64,000 bases of DNA from NCBI RefSeq assembly GCF_009914755.1, contig NC_060928.1; one strand, given 5' to 3'. The notes under the pieces are model-generated. The model had not been told where the DNA came from and did no database searches. It worked only from the letters and a program-made list of their open reading frames with translations. The position numbers and the translations under genes are program-made. Position 1 is the stretch's first letter; every line of letters begins with the position of its first letter. The stretch comes from the human T2T-CHM13v2.0 reference genome, Homo sapiens. Below are positions 38,425 through 51,854 of this stretch, one piece after another.

Positions 38425-39190
38425 AAAGGCACTTCTCAAATGTTAATGTGCGTACTAATCACCTGGGTTACCACCTTCTGAAATGCAGATGCAGATACAG
38501 TAGATCTGGAATGGGGCCAAAGAATGCCTTCCTAACAAGCTTCCAGCTGATGTCAATGACCTGGTCCAAGAGCATACTTTGGTTTTCAAAGCATGGCCCC
38601 CAGGCCAGCAGCATTAGCCTTACCTGGGTTATCATGTCCGTTCTCACATTGCTATAAAGAAATACCTGAGACTGGGTAATTTATAAATAAGAGGTTTAAC
38701 TGTCTCATGGTTCCATAGGCTATACAGGAAGCATGATGCTGGCATCTGTTCAGCTTCTGGTAAGGCCTCAGGAAACTTACAATCATGGCTAAAGGCAAAG
38801 GGGAAGCGAGACGTCTCACATGGTAGAAGCAGGAGCAGGAGAGAAATAGGGGGAGGTGCTACACACTTTTAAACAACCAGGTCTTGTGAGAACTTACTCA
38901 CTGTCATGAGAACACTCCCAAGAGGGATTTCATGAGAAACCCCCCCATGACCCCGTCACCTCCCCCCATGCCCCACTTCCAAGATTGGAGATTACAATTC
39001 AACATAAGATGTTGTGGGGACACAGTTCCAAACCATATCACCTGGGAACTGGTTAATAGATGCAAATTCTCAGGCCCTATCTCTGGCCCTACTGGATTAG
39101 AAATTCTAGGGGTAAAGCCCAGCAATGTGCATTGTAATAGACCCTCCAGGAGATTCTGACAGATGGATGCTGAAGGTTAATAACCATGGC
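38425..39190. mobile_element. Two adjacent MER5-type MITEs in opposite orientation; the second is split by an LTR
   Basis: MER5 motifs at 38428-38580, 38581-38627 and 39041-39190. Confidence 0.7.
38628..39040 (-). mobile_element. MST-family MaLR solo LTR
   Basis: gctataaagaaatacctgagactgggtaatttat ... aaaccatatca; 5-bp TSD cctgg at 38623-38627 and 39041-39045. Confidence 0.9.
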
Positions 39191-40861
39191 ATTATCAAGA
39201 TTCATTCACTTTGGTGAACTAAAGGATTTCAGCCAGTCTCCAAATTTTGATCTAATAATCAACAGTTCTAGAATCAGAAATTTTGATTCCTCTAATACCA
39301 ATCTAGAGTTTAGAGTTTAAATCCATTTCAAAATGTTTTATCCTCATCATTAAGGTACAACTTCCATATAAAAACCTCAGTATGTTTTCACATTTAAAAA
39401 GATTAATCCCTTCAATCCTCATTTAATGATCTGGTTCAATAATATGATCTTTGGACAAGTCCAATATCCTGAAATCTGGGCTCTTAATGCCTAGGTATAG
39501 ATGTCAGGCCAAGGGGCATTGGAATTCTTGAAGTCTAGGCACATCTTTGGGCATTTTCAGTGGCCTTGTGGTTTTATACTTGATAGGAGGTATTTAGAAA
39601 TCTCAGTATTATCTCAGGCTGGAAAATGGTGGACTCAAGACTCAATTTCTTTTACTTAAATGGAGTAAGTCAAATGGATAGCCTCCGAAAATGATTGGCA
39701 GGATCAATAAGGTCAGTAAGAATTAGATTACCCTCTCAGTGTACACTGGAAAAATACCTCAGGCCTCAGACTTTGAGGCATAATTTCCAGGACTGCCAGG
39801 ACCCTGTTAACTATCACTTTTGAAAACGCAAAAGGGCAGGTTACCCCACAGGTCACCAGGGAAAGTAGAATCTGGAGCCTGTCCAGGCCACATAACACCA
39901 CCTGGGATGCCTGTGAACCAGGCCTAGAGCCTTCATACCTACTCTGGTTTCAACTTTCACAACTGGGACTACTTTGCAATTTCAGTTTTAAGAGTAATCT
40001 TGAGGAGAAATACATAAACCCCTGGCTAATACCTTCACGATTATAACTATGCTAGTACAAGACTGTGCAGCAATTTGAATAATGCTGACTAATAACATGT
40101 TAGACTACTATAACCCTTTTCGTCTAAGGACCTCAAAGCGCTCTGCTCATATGACTTTACTAATCCTTGAAACAACTTCTGTGAAATATATGGGAAATAT
40201 TATTATCTCCATTTCTCAGGAGGAAAAAGTCATCTGTGAATTGCCCAGGTGTCACCTCACTCTCATAACTAACTTCAAGTCTTACTAAGGGCAGGCAGAG
40301 AGATTTGGGATATTGAGGGGGCTAAGGAAGAAAGGGGATAGCAGAATGACAGTCTAGAGCGAAAACAAATTTGGTTGTAATGTAAGCAACATTAATCATA
40401 GAGCAATGGAATTACTAAGAAACAGAAAGTGATTGATTTTTTAAATGCTGTACCAAGAGTTGAGTAAAAAAAAATTGGGAGGGGGTTTACAGTTTTGTTT
40501 CACAATACAAATTTTTACATCTCCATGCTTTGCTTCAGTCTTTACTTGGGTCAGTGTAGCTTCGGGGGGATGAGATGAAGGGAGGCCCTTGCTTGATCTC
40601 TCCTCATTGCTCAAGTTCATCTTGTGAAGTTCTGCCCAAGGGTCAGTAGCTGAGATTACACTTAACGATTCTCATCCTTGGTTTCCTAATGGTTCCCTTG
40701 ACTCCAACTTCTTTTTCCCAATACCACTTTTGTAGTCCACATTTTATTTATATAAAAATTACAAAATTTTCCCCAGGAGATCTTTGAGGATATTATCAAA
40801 AGTGCCCCAGATTTCCTAAACTGATAAGTTAACATTTAAAACTTTTTAGAATGTGCAATTG

Positions 40862-40958
40862 CCTTTCTTCCTCTTTCCCTTCCTTCCTTTCCTTCCTTCT
40901 TTCCTTTCTTTCTTTTCTCCTCCTCCTCTCTCTCTCTTTCCTCTTTTCTTCTTCCTCA
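40862..40958. repeat. CT-rich low-complexity tract
   Basis: Directly visible. Confidence 0.85.
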
Positions 40959-41604
40959 TTTTAAAATGTCAAAAGCTTCCTGACATGCTTTGGCCATGGA
41001 AATGGAACATATTTTCTCATTAGGTTAATTAATGGCTCTGCTTGGGTGGCACAATTCGGTGTAAGTTTCCTTTTAGAATTCTGTCATAACTAAAAAGGAT
41101 CTTATTTTTGTTATGTTTTGTGGTGTCTTTAAATTTTTATGACTTCTACTTTGTTTAGTCTGTGTGTAATCCTTCTTTTGAAACCTAATGTCCTAGAAAA
41201 TTTACAGTTTTCTCTCAAAACTGGCACTTTTTACATTTTACAGTAATTCCTGTTTCTTTAGTTTTCACTAGAACTTCATTTAAGTCCTTAAGGTGTAATT
41301 CGCAGCTCAGGGAATTTATGATGACATCGTCAAAGTAAACTCCCCAAGAGCAATATATTAAACCTGACAAGATGCTGTTCATTAATCTTTGAAATATGAC
41401 CAGGTGTGATGTAGCAAAGTGAGGCTTCCAACTAAGAACAGCTGAAGGACTCCAAACTGCCCCATCGAAAGGATTCCTTCCCCGTCACTGCCAAAGCCAC
41501 CTGGGTGAGGACTGAGAGAGCCAAAGACCTTTCCTTGGCCAACCACAGTGTTCCCTGTCTCTGCTGATGTTCCTACAGCTTTGCAACCTCTCACCTTTTC
41601 ACAC

Positions 41605-41730
41605 GTTCATTCATTCAACAAATATTTATTGAGTGTCTACAATGGGCCAGGCACCAGGTGGGACTGGAAAGACAGTAGTAACCAAGACAGACCCAATCCC
41701 TTGCCTCATGGGACTTATAGCTCGCCTAGC
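41605..41730 (-). mobile_element. L2 3'-end relic
   Basis: ttcattcattcaacaaatatttattgagtgtctac. Confidence 0.75.
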
Positions 41731-42111
41731 TATGAACAATAGCCTCAAGACTCCTTTACCCAATACCATCAAACTTATGTGATATGAACTACATTGCTTG
41801 GATCTGAGGCATTTCTTCTCCACCCTAGATGTACCTTTGATGCTAAATGATTCCCACCATTTGTGAGAGAGACTGTAGTACAGCTTGGTGGGTGCATGGA
41901 TAGAGGTTTGCAAATGGCACTATCAAAGAGAAGCAGCCAAATCCATCTCGGCGGCCGTCAGTGCTCAGTCAGAAAAGCAGAGTTCAGCTCATCACTGTGC
42001 AACACTACCTCTAGGAAAATGAGGAAAATCCAGATAAAAGGCAATACCTCTCAAAGGCATTTGTAGGTCTTTCTGTAGACCTTTCTCTTTGCCTACATAA
42101 AATAGTGGGTG

Positions 42112-42362
42112 AAGGCAATGTGGGATTCTGGCTTGGGTCTGGGAACAGAAAAAAGACCTTAATGGAAAAACACGTAAAACCTGTACAAAGTCTGGAGTTT
42201 AGTTAATAGTAATATCAATATTGATATCTTCATTTTGACAAATATACCACGATAATGCAGATATTAATATTGGATAAACAGGGTGAGGGTGACTTAGGAA
42301 AATCCTTACAACTTTTCCATAATTCTAAAATGACTCCAAAATAAAAATGTTACTTTAAAAAG
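42112..42362 (+). mobile_element. Ancient L1M (MC/MD/ME-like) 3' fragment
   Basis: aatgtgggattctgg...ggaacagaaaaaagac...gtttagttaatagta. Confidence 0.65.
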
Positions 42363-43234
42363 GTTTGCTTATGAAACAGGATCCTTAGAATGAATAATAA
42401 AAAAGCTACTAAAATAAAACAAAAGCGTATCATGGGCATAGTCTTTCTTGAAACTAAGGAGAAATATATCCAGGAACTCAGAGCCTAGAAGCTGATATTC
42501 TACTAAAGATAATGTTCTCATTGAATTTTGTTCGCTCTCCCATGCCACTTGAAGTCTGTCTTGTTGGTTTTAAGATCTCCTTTGAAGGTGTGTGTAAAAG
42601 AAACAACTGTGTAGAAGCATCCTAGTCCCAAGTTAAAGAAGCAAGATTCCTATTATTTCATATTATAACTCCCTGAATACACCTGATCTTCCCATCATTG
42701 CCACCTTCCCTGATTCATACACACACACATACACATACACACACCCCAGATCATTGCTGATACACAGCTAGCTTGCCCTTCCTTGTCTGCATACTTGCTC
42801 TTCATTTTCCTGCATTTTCCTGGTGTTGTAGAAACTTCTTTTTAAGTAACATAACAAGTATTTATGTATGCTGATTAAAGATATTCCTAGCTTAAAACTG
42901 CATTCAAGAAGACTTGGCTTACAGCATCTAATAAGTGATTCTTGTTTTTGTTAGCCTTGTTACACTGTGGGGTAGTTACACAATACATGCAATCCACACA
43001 TCCATTTAAATCTTTTTCAGGGAGCATTTTCCATTTCAAATAAAGATGGTGATGAAAGCATTATTTTCTTAGCTAGCTGCATGCTTGAAAACATAATGGT
43101 TTTGTAAACCAAGTGTAAACCTCTGAACAGACAACTGGCTGCAATAAGAAATGTTTTCAAAAAGCAGAGTTAGCTTTTCAACATCCAAATGGTGCTTTAG
43201 TTAACCTGAAAATTTATGCCCATCCAGGGAAATT

Positions 43235-43410
43235 GATCATAGACTTAGAATATTAAACTTGGGATGATTCTTAGAGATCTTCTAATATAATTTTATCATA
43301 TTAAAGATGAGAAACATTGAGGCCTGGGGGCTTGTGCCTTATTTGAGGCTTAAAATGACTGAGCTGAACTGAAAACCAGATGCCAGATGCCAGGCACATG
43401 TCTCCTCTTT
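43235..43410 (-). mobile_element. MIR-family relic
   Basis: aagatgagaaacattgaggcct core. Confidence 0.55.
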
Positions 43411-44724
43411 GTGCCAAACCGGTTCATCATTTTGCGGCCGAGGCTCTGAGTTTTAATGTGATTACTCAAAAAGTTTGTTTTGTGTCTCATACCTTCTTTT
43501 TAAAAATGAAATAATGTGTGCAAACAACTGGGAATTACCACACATGTGCCATTTGTAATTGTTGCTGTTGTTGCGAATATCATTATCATCGACATTGCCT
43601 TATGAGAGAGATGCATGCAAATTCTATAAAGTCTACACAGGAAAGAAAGACAATTTTTACATGTTGACAATTGTTTTTTGCTCTATCCCTTCTGATTCCA
43701 CTGCATTCTCATGGGGTCCCCTATTCTCAAGAATCTTCTTTTTAAAAATGCGTTTTCTTCTTTTGGACTTTCACTCTGTCTTTTTTAATATATATACAAG
43801 CCGACAAGGGGAGCTCACTGAAGAACAGAGCCCAGGTTTCTAGAAAGGCTCTGCAAATAGGAAGTAAAACCACATCACACCATTCATCTGCCAAAAGTAA
43901 TAAACCCAGCCAGCCTCAGCGCCCTCTTGACTTCGTCAGCAACTAACGCTCCTCATTTCTCCCTTTCCTTGCAAAGGAAAAGGAAAAGATGCCAAGCAAA
44001 AAAATGCCAGGCAAATCAAACCATGGGAAAAATAACACCTTCAAACTCAGGGCAAAATTCTCATTTCCAATCCTTGCTGCAGATGTCCCATCCGGTATGT
44101 TTGGCAGGAAACACAGCTCTTGGAACAAGACTCAGAACACAGGTTAGAAAGAGGATTTGGCCAGAGGTGGTTTGGTAACTTTAATTTGTAGTTATAAACC
44201 CTGAGAAATTTCACTATGGTTTAATTTCATGCAATAATCAAAACAAATCCATATAAGAGCTGTCCTATATGGCTATAAGAACACATTTGTATAAGAGATG
44301 TACCGATATAGCTCTAAGAAATATATCTTCTGATTTTCCACAAACTGTTTTAATTAATTACTCCCCAAATTAATCAATCTGAGCTTATCTTTAATTGGTA
44401 GGAAAATAAACTACAAGCTCAAGATTTAGTATTCCAATATTTGCCCCAAGAAGAAACTACTGTGGGAATTCCAGCCTGGAAAAGCTATTCTTGATTCTTT
44501 CCTTTATTCTGACTTGAATCTACCTGCTTCCTGTCTTCAAAATCAGTAGAGGATCATTTGAGAATGAGTTTTAAAAGCCCACCTTCCTCATGTTGGTGTC
44601 CATCTTTCTAGTTACTAAGAGAAAACATAATTAATAACTTTTGATAAAATAGTCTTTCTTAAACATAGAGCTCTGGATTAAAAGTCAAGAGACTTGAAAT
44701 TTTTAAAGTATACAATGTGCAGTT

Positions 44725-45290
44725 TTTTAAATTTTTATTTGTAATTGTCAATTGACAAATTACAGTTATATATTTGTATGGGGATACAAAGTGATGTTAT
44801 AATGTAAAAATACAGGGTAGAATAATTAAATCAAGCTAATTAATATGCCTATCTCCAATTTTTTTTTGTGGTGAGAACTTTTGAAATTTACTCTAATTTT
44901 GAAACGTATACTGCATTATCATTCACTATATTCACCACATTGTGCAATATGCTTTAAGGTTAAAGAAAACCTAGTTCTTCTTGTATAAGAGGCTTTGTAC
45001 CTTTTAACCATCTTTTCCCTATTCCTCCCACTTCCCAGCCTCTATAACCAGCATTCTTTCTGCTTCATTTAGTTCCATTGTTCTAGGTTCCACACATGAG
45101 TGAGAACATGAAGTATCTATCTTTCTGTGCCTGGCTTATTTCACTTAGCATATGTTCTCCAGTTCCATCCATGTTGTCACAAATGACACGATTGTTTTTC
45201 TTTATAGTGGCTGAATAGTATTCCATTGTGTATATGTGCCACATTTTTATTCATTCCTCTGTGGATGGACACTTAAGTTGATTCCATAAA
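44725..45290 (-). mobile_element. L1MA-like 3' fragment
   Basis: ctggcttatttcacttagcat and ggctgaatagtattccattgtgtat. Confidence 0.85.
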
Positions 45291-45399
45291 AATACTTGGG
45301 TTTTAATCCCTGCTTTTCCATAAGTTCATTGTGTATCATTTCTGGCCTCTGAAACTCCTTCTGGGTCCTCCAACATACTCTTTTAATAATGAGAATAGT

Positions 45400-46212
45400 T
45401 TAGAGAATAATGGATGCTGATGAGGATGTGGAGAGAGGAGAACACTTGTACACTGTTGATGAGAATGTAAATTAGTACAGCCATTATGGAAAACTGTATG
45501 GAGGTTCATCAAAACCCTAAAAATAAAAGTAATAGATGATTCAGCAATCCCACTACTGGGTGTATATCCCCTCAAAAAAGAAATCAATACATCAGAAAGA
45601 TATCTGCACTCCCATGTTTATTGCAGCACTAATCATAATAGCCAAAATATGGAATCAAACCAGGTGCCCATCAATGGGTGAATGGATAAAGAAAATGTGG
45701 TATACATGCTCAATGGAAAATTATTCAGCCATAAAAAAGAATGAAATCTTGCCATTTGCAGCAACATGAATGGAAATGTGTCATTATGTCAAGTGAAATA
45801 AGCCAAGCGCTAGAAGACAAATATTGCATGTTCTCATTCATATGTGGAAGCTAAAAAAGTGGATCCCATGAAGATAGAGTAGATTGGTGGTTACCAGAGG
45901 CTGGGAAGGGTTAAGGGAGAAGGGGATGAAGAGAGTTTGATTAATGGGTAGAAATATACAGCTTGGAGGAAGAAATAAGACCTAGTGTTTGATAGATCAG
46001 TAGGGTAATTAGAGTTTACAGTAATCTATTGTATATTTTGAAATAGCTAGAAAAGAATGATTTTAATATTCTAGTATAAAGAAAAGACAAACATTTAAAG
46101 TGAAAGATATCCCAGTAACATTGATTTGAACTTTACAAATTATATGAATGTATTAAAGTATCACATGCCCCAAACTATGCACATCTATTAAGTACCAATA
46201 CAAAAATAAAAA
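45400..46212 (+). mobile_element. L1MA-like 3' fragment
   Basis: ORF2 C-terminus ([11 protein letters not shown]...WIKKMWY) plus MA-type 3' UTR. Confidence 0.85.
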
Positions 46213-46634
46213 TAGTCTCTCCAGCTCTAATATTCTGATTTTATTATTCCTGCAATTAGATTTCTATCAAATAGGCAGAGAGGAGTACACTAATATCTTA
46301 AAAATAGCTGTCATATGTGGAGAAAGGCACATGCTCATATGTCTAAAGATGAGTATTAATGAAAAAAAGTCATATGACTGGAAAAAAAAAACTTCGAATT
46401 AGAACACTACTCATGTTTCTATTTTTTCTCATTCACCAAACATTGTCTTTAGCTGCTGTTTTCTCTGCCCGGAATTTCTTTCAGGAGAGTGTGCCATTAG
46501 CAGAAAACTTAAATGCATCTAAGGAATTTTTTCTACAATGATTAAAAATTGGCCAAGAATATAACATTTTGAAAGCATTACTTCATGGTTAATCTTCGTT
46601 TTGAAACAGATTCTACCATAGACTGTGGAAGGAA

Positions 46635-46870
46635 GTAGCTAGCATGCATTGAGCCTATCTCTATATTTGAATGAATGCTTCATGTTTAACATTCATTGCT
46701 TCATTTAATATCACAGCACTAAAAGAAAGATATTAATAACCTCTTTCATCAACAGAGGTAGAAAACCAAGGCATAAAGTTTAATAACTTACTCAAAGTCA
46801 CATATGTAATAAACGTTGGAATCTAAATTTAAAACAAATGTGTGTAATTCCAAAGTCTTTCCTCTATAAC
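46635..46870 (-). mobile_element. MIR relic
   Basis: gaaaaccaaggcataaagtttaataacttactcaaagtcaca. Confidence 0.55.
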
Positions 46871-48911
46871 ATATGAGTATATTTATACTGTATTTTGCCT
46901 CAAAGAAAAGATTCAGCTTATTAACCAGTATCTAAGTTAGGTTTCCTTACTCTAGACAAAGTACATACAGAGTCATGTAAGTATAATACTTTAATTAAAC
47001 TGTCAAGCACAAATTATTAAATTTGATGGGTATTAACATAAATTCAAAATAAGGGAGAAAAGAATATTCTTATTTTGCAAGAGAGTAATGTATGGTCTTT
47101 CTTGTGGAAGATACAACCAATGTTTCAAAAGTTGCCAAAGGGATTACACATCTTACTGAGATGGCCTCATCGCACTGGCCATTCTTTTCAAATAATATTT
47201 TCCTACTGCACTCTGGCTTTAACCTAGAGAGTTTCAAGGACCAAAGAGGCAGGAAGTAGAGGCATGGCCATCAGAGCAGTGAGTCAAAAGCAGGCATAGA
47301 GTGTAAAGGCCACTAAAGTGAAAATCAAAGAACCACCCCAGTACCTTTTTGATGTTCCTGGCTGGGATTAAACTCCCCAAACATCCCCCTCATTCCATCC
47401 CCCATCCACATAAATACACTATTTATGTACTTCCCTCCACCCTCCTATATCTGGCAAAACCAGGGGCTGTGAAAGGGAAGAAGCAGGAGGAGCTTCCAGG
47501 TGTCCTGCTCCAAGGGATTAGAACAGCTCAGCTTTCAACTCTCCACTATCCCACGCATTTACTCCTTCATACTGTACCCATCACTCGCCCTGACAGGAAG
47601 AACACCTTGCACCTTTGGCTGTCTTCATAGGATGTATTTCTAAATAAAAGCACCTGTCTGTGAAAGCCAGTCATTCACAGGAGCCACCTAGGAGACAAGT
47701 GATTACGTGTTTGGGGAGTTTCTGTGCCTGAATGTTTCCAACAGCTCTATCTGCACTATACAGGCTTTTGTGAGATTTTGTGTTGAGAGAGAGACAGAAA
47801 AGCAGGTTCCTTGTCTCTTTGTGTCGGAAACACATCTGCAAAGTTGTCACACTCTAAAGCAAGTAAACCAAAGGTAAACATTTAATAGTACTTGGAACTC
47901 TACCTCTTCTCCACTAAGGAGAGTTAAAACATGTTGCTTAAATAAAAAGTTTGGCTGAAATGAGATTCTTCTCCAAACACAAAAGGAGGTTGTAATTTTA
48001 AGCATTTTTCTCCTTGGATTTAATCATGAATATTAAGTATTGGTACCCAAGTGCCAGAGTAACAAACTAAAGTAAAGACCACCCATTAACTTAATTCCAA
48101 AGGCTTATTTCATGTAACTCAAGCTCCAGTTATCTGAGAGTGAGTGGTGCTATTCACAACTGCCCATAACAAAAACCAAAAGAGTTTATGGCAATTTGAC
48201 CTTTTCATTTTTCACAAGTTTATTTTCAGATAGCTAGGAAAATATTTTTCACTTGTATTTGATGACATGATTTCAAAAGCATCTTGACTAATTTCTCAAT
48301 TAGCCAGGATCACCCCAAATGCCACTCACATTGAATCATGAGCCAAAAAGGCCGTTATTCACTAATGAAAATGTAGCAAAACATACTTTGGACCCAATAA
48401 TTCACAAGATACTAATTCACAGAAGCAACTGACTTTCTCCTACATTTGTAGTTTGACACATCTTAATACCATTCCTTTTATTTCTTTTTATGTATTTTCA
48501 TTCTATTCAGGTCTAAACACTCCAACCCTGTCCTATCAACACCAATACTTCATCTTCCTCCATGGCCATTTTAGATGAAAATGAAAATGGAAATGTCTTT
48601 TGATATTTCAAAATCTATAGTGCACCTCTCTTTCCTCCTGAAAACAAGATATCACAGATGTTTCAGTCAAAGATCTGAGAATAAAATCACTTCTGCAATT
48701 GTGACATGATGCCAAAAGTGAAAACACATTCTTAATGCATTACTTGCCTGGAAAAATAAACTGCATTATGGGGAGAAATGTGGAACAAGGTAATCTTAGA
48801 AGCCCAGGAGCATAAGAAAGTTAAACTTCTTGACTTGTATCAAATGTTGACAATTCTAACTTCTCTGTTTCAAGAGGACTTTCTGGGACACATTTGCAAC
48901 ATTGCTTAAAA

Positions 48912-48930
48912 GTCCTGCCACCTAGTGGAA
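48912..48930 (-). promoter_or_regulatory. Candidate CTCF binding site
   Basis: TGCCACCTAGTGG at 48916-48928 fully matches the GCC(A/C)(C/T)CT(A/G)GTGG core, in unique sequence. Confidence 0.6.
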
Positions 48931-50394
48931 GAAGTAAATAAACCAGTCCTCAGGTAACCTGCCAAATGGAAAGACCCTACAAAAACAGATCCTCTTATCA
49001 ACACACTCTCCCTTCAAAAATCATATTTTGAAACTAACTTTCATAAAATTTTAAGATTAATCAAATGGGTCATTTTAGTTTTCCTTGTTCAAATGTATCA
49101 CATTCAGGGTAGGAAAGACTTGTGTTTAAGCACTGGGAACTACGGGTAGAATCCAAAAATAGCTTTTGTTAATCTGCTTTAGTTGATAGTTTTCAAAATG
49201 GACTCCTCAGAGTTAAGAAATAAACCAGATCCATACCAGCTTCCCCTTGCAGAAGGCACTTAATCCTCCAAAGGCTCAGCAGAAGAACTCTTTATAGAAG
49301 GGATTTCTTTAGTTGGCTAAGATAAAAAATCTTGCCTCAACAAGAAGATAGATCATTAGTGGCCAGACCTCACAGATAGCCACTAAGTTTCTAAGAAAAC
49401 TTCCTGATGAGTCATGCTGAGAGAAAACTTCTCAGAACAACTTTGATCAAAGTTCAATTCTTGAGTAAGATCAATATTGCATGGTTGGTCCCAGTCATAC
49501 CAACAGATATGTTATGACAGCAATCAATTCCTCAGTGACCTGAAGGAGTAGACTTGCCTCCCTGCCTACCTGGCTAAGAAAACATGAATGTCTTTGAGCG
49601 ACCAAAGCAAAAAAAGTGTGGAATTACTACACACTGCACATGGAGATGTTTCTATAATACAGTGTCACTAAACACACTTGCTATTAGCCAAAGGCTATTT
49701 TAGAGTCTTCTTTGTCCATAGGTAAGTGCATATGGTCCTAGGCAAACACCTATTAGCTCTTTCTAAAAGCCCAAGGCTATTCAAAGGGAAATAACATTTG
49801 CTTCTGTTAGAAAGCTATTATTCCAGATCCCATTAGTTACATCTTCAATTGTATCTCCTGTCTCTGGGGTAAATGATCTAGTGACAGACACTTGTGGATA
49901 AATGATCTACAGATGAACACATGTGAGGTTTAAGTTTATATGTATAAAACACTTTGAAGGGAGTTATGAAAGATCATCTTACCACTCAGTATTCAAGAAT
50001 TATGCTCTGTGCCTTTATCCAAACTTTCCATTACTTGTTCAGTTTTTTTTAAACAAACACCATTGTTTACAGATCCAGATTTGATTTCACAAAGAATTTA
50101 TTTCATAATTTGAGACTAAAGTGCTTTTTATAATTTAATTATTTGTATTGCTACATTCAAGAAGTTTTTCCATCACTCTAACAGAAAAACACGTTTTTTA
50201 AAGTTTTAAAAACAAGAGAATCTTTAAAACTGGTTCAAAATAAAGGAACTACAGTATGTCCAAAGAATGTGAAATATATTTGTAATAAAAGACCTACTGT
50301 ATTTCCAAAAGAATGTGAAATATAATTATTGTTTTATAATTTATCATTCTTTCGTAACAATTTTCATAACTATTTATATGATTACATGGTCTCC

Positions 50395-50605
50395 TTTCTA
50401 AAGGAAGTAAATGAGAAACCAGTATAAGAACCTCAGACCTACCCTACAAAAAATACTAAAGGGGGTTCTTCAGGGTGAAATTAAAGGAATCCAGATGGTG
50501 ACTCAAATCCACATGCAGAAAAAAATGAGCACCTGTAAGGATAATTACATAGGTAAAACTAAAAGAATAAATCGATTTTTGTTTGTAATTTGGTTTTCTT
50601 CACCC
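50395..50605 (+). mobile_element. Old L1M ORF1-end/inter-ORF fragment
   Basis: RPTLQKILKGVLQGE remnant. Confidence 0.7.
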
Positions 50606-51816
50606 TTTTTTTAATGTTTATTTTCAGTTCAGGGGTACATGTGCAGGTTTGTTAATATAGGTAAACTTGTGTCATGGAGGTTTGTTGTGCAGATTATTTC
50701 ATCACGCAGGTATTAAGCCTAGTACCCATTAGTTATTTATCCTGATCCAACCCTCACCCTCCAAAAGGCTCCAGTGTGTATTGTTCCCCTCTATGTGTCC
50801 TTGTGTTCCCATCATTTAGCTCACACTTATGAGTGAGAACATGCAGTATTTGGTTTTCTGTTCCTGTGTTAGTTTGCTAAGGATGATGGCCTCCAGCTCC
50901 ATTCATGCTCCTGCAAAGGACATAATCTTATTATTTTTTATGACTGTGTAGTAGTCCATGTACCACCGTGTATATGTACCACATTTTCTTTATCCAGTCT
51001 ATCACTTATGGGCATTTAGGTTGATTCCATGTCTTCACTATTGTGAATAATACTGCAATAAACATACACATGCATGTGTCTTTATAATAGAATAATTTAT
51101 ATTCATTTGGGCATGTACCCAGTAATGGAATTTCTTGGTCAAATGGTATTTCTGTCTTTAGTACTTTGAGGCATCATCACGCTGCTTTCTACAATGGTTG
51201 AACTAATTTACATTCCCAACAACAGTGTATAAGTGTTCCTTTTTCTCCAAAACTTCGCCAGCATCTGTTATTTTTTGACTTTTTAATAATAAACATTCTG
51301 ACTAGTGTCAGATGATATCTCATTGTTGTTTTGATTTGCATTTCTCTAATGATCAATGACGTTGAGGTTTTTTTCATATGATTGTATGTCTTCTTTTGAA
51401 AAGTATCTTTTCATGTCCTTTGCCCACTTTTTAATGGGGTTGTTTGTTTTTTTGCTTGTTAATTTGCTTAAGTTCCTTATAGATGCTGGATATTGGACCT
51501 TTGTCATATCCATGCATTACAAAACTTTCTTCAATTATGTAGGTTATCTGTTCACTCTGTTGATACTTTCCTTTGCTGTACAGAAGCTCTTTAATTTTAT
51601 TAGATCCCATTTATCAATTTTTGCTTTTGTTGCAATTGCTTTTGGCATCTTCATCATGAAATCTTTGCCTGTTCCTATGTCCTGAATGTTATTGCCTAGA
51701 TTGCCTTCCAGGGTTTTGATAGTTTTGGGTTTTACATTTCGGTCTTTAATCCATCTTGAGTTAATTTTTCTATAAATATAAATATATAAATATATATATA
51801 TATGTATATATATATA

Positions 51817-51854
<38 letters not shown>

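Noticed and set aside
42212-42227. Perfect 16-bp palindrome atatcaatattgatat
   Set aside because: AT-rich and inside an L1M relic; plausible by chance without outgroup data.
44725-46212. Second twin-priming inversion
   Set aside because: Both arms carry their own, different 3' UTRs, so these are two independent L1MA insertions.
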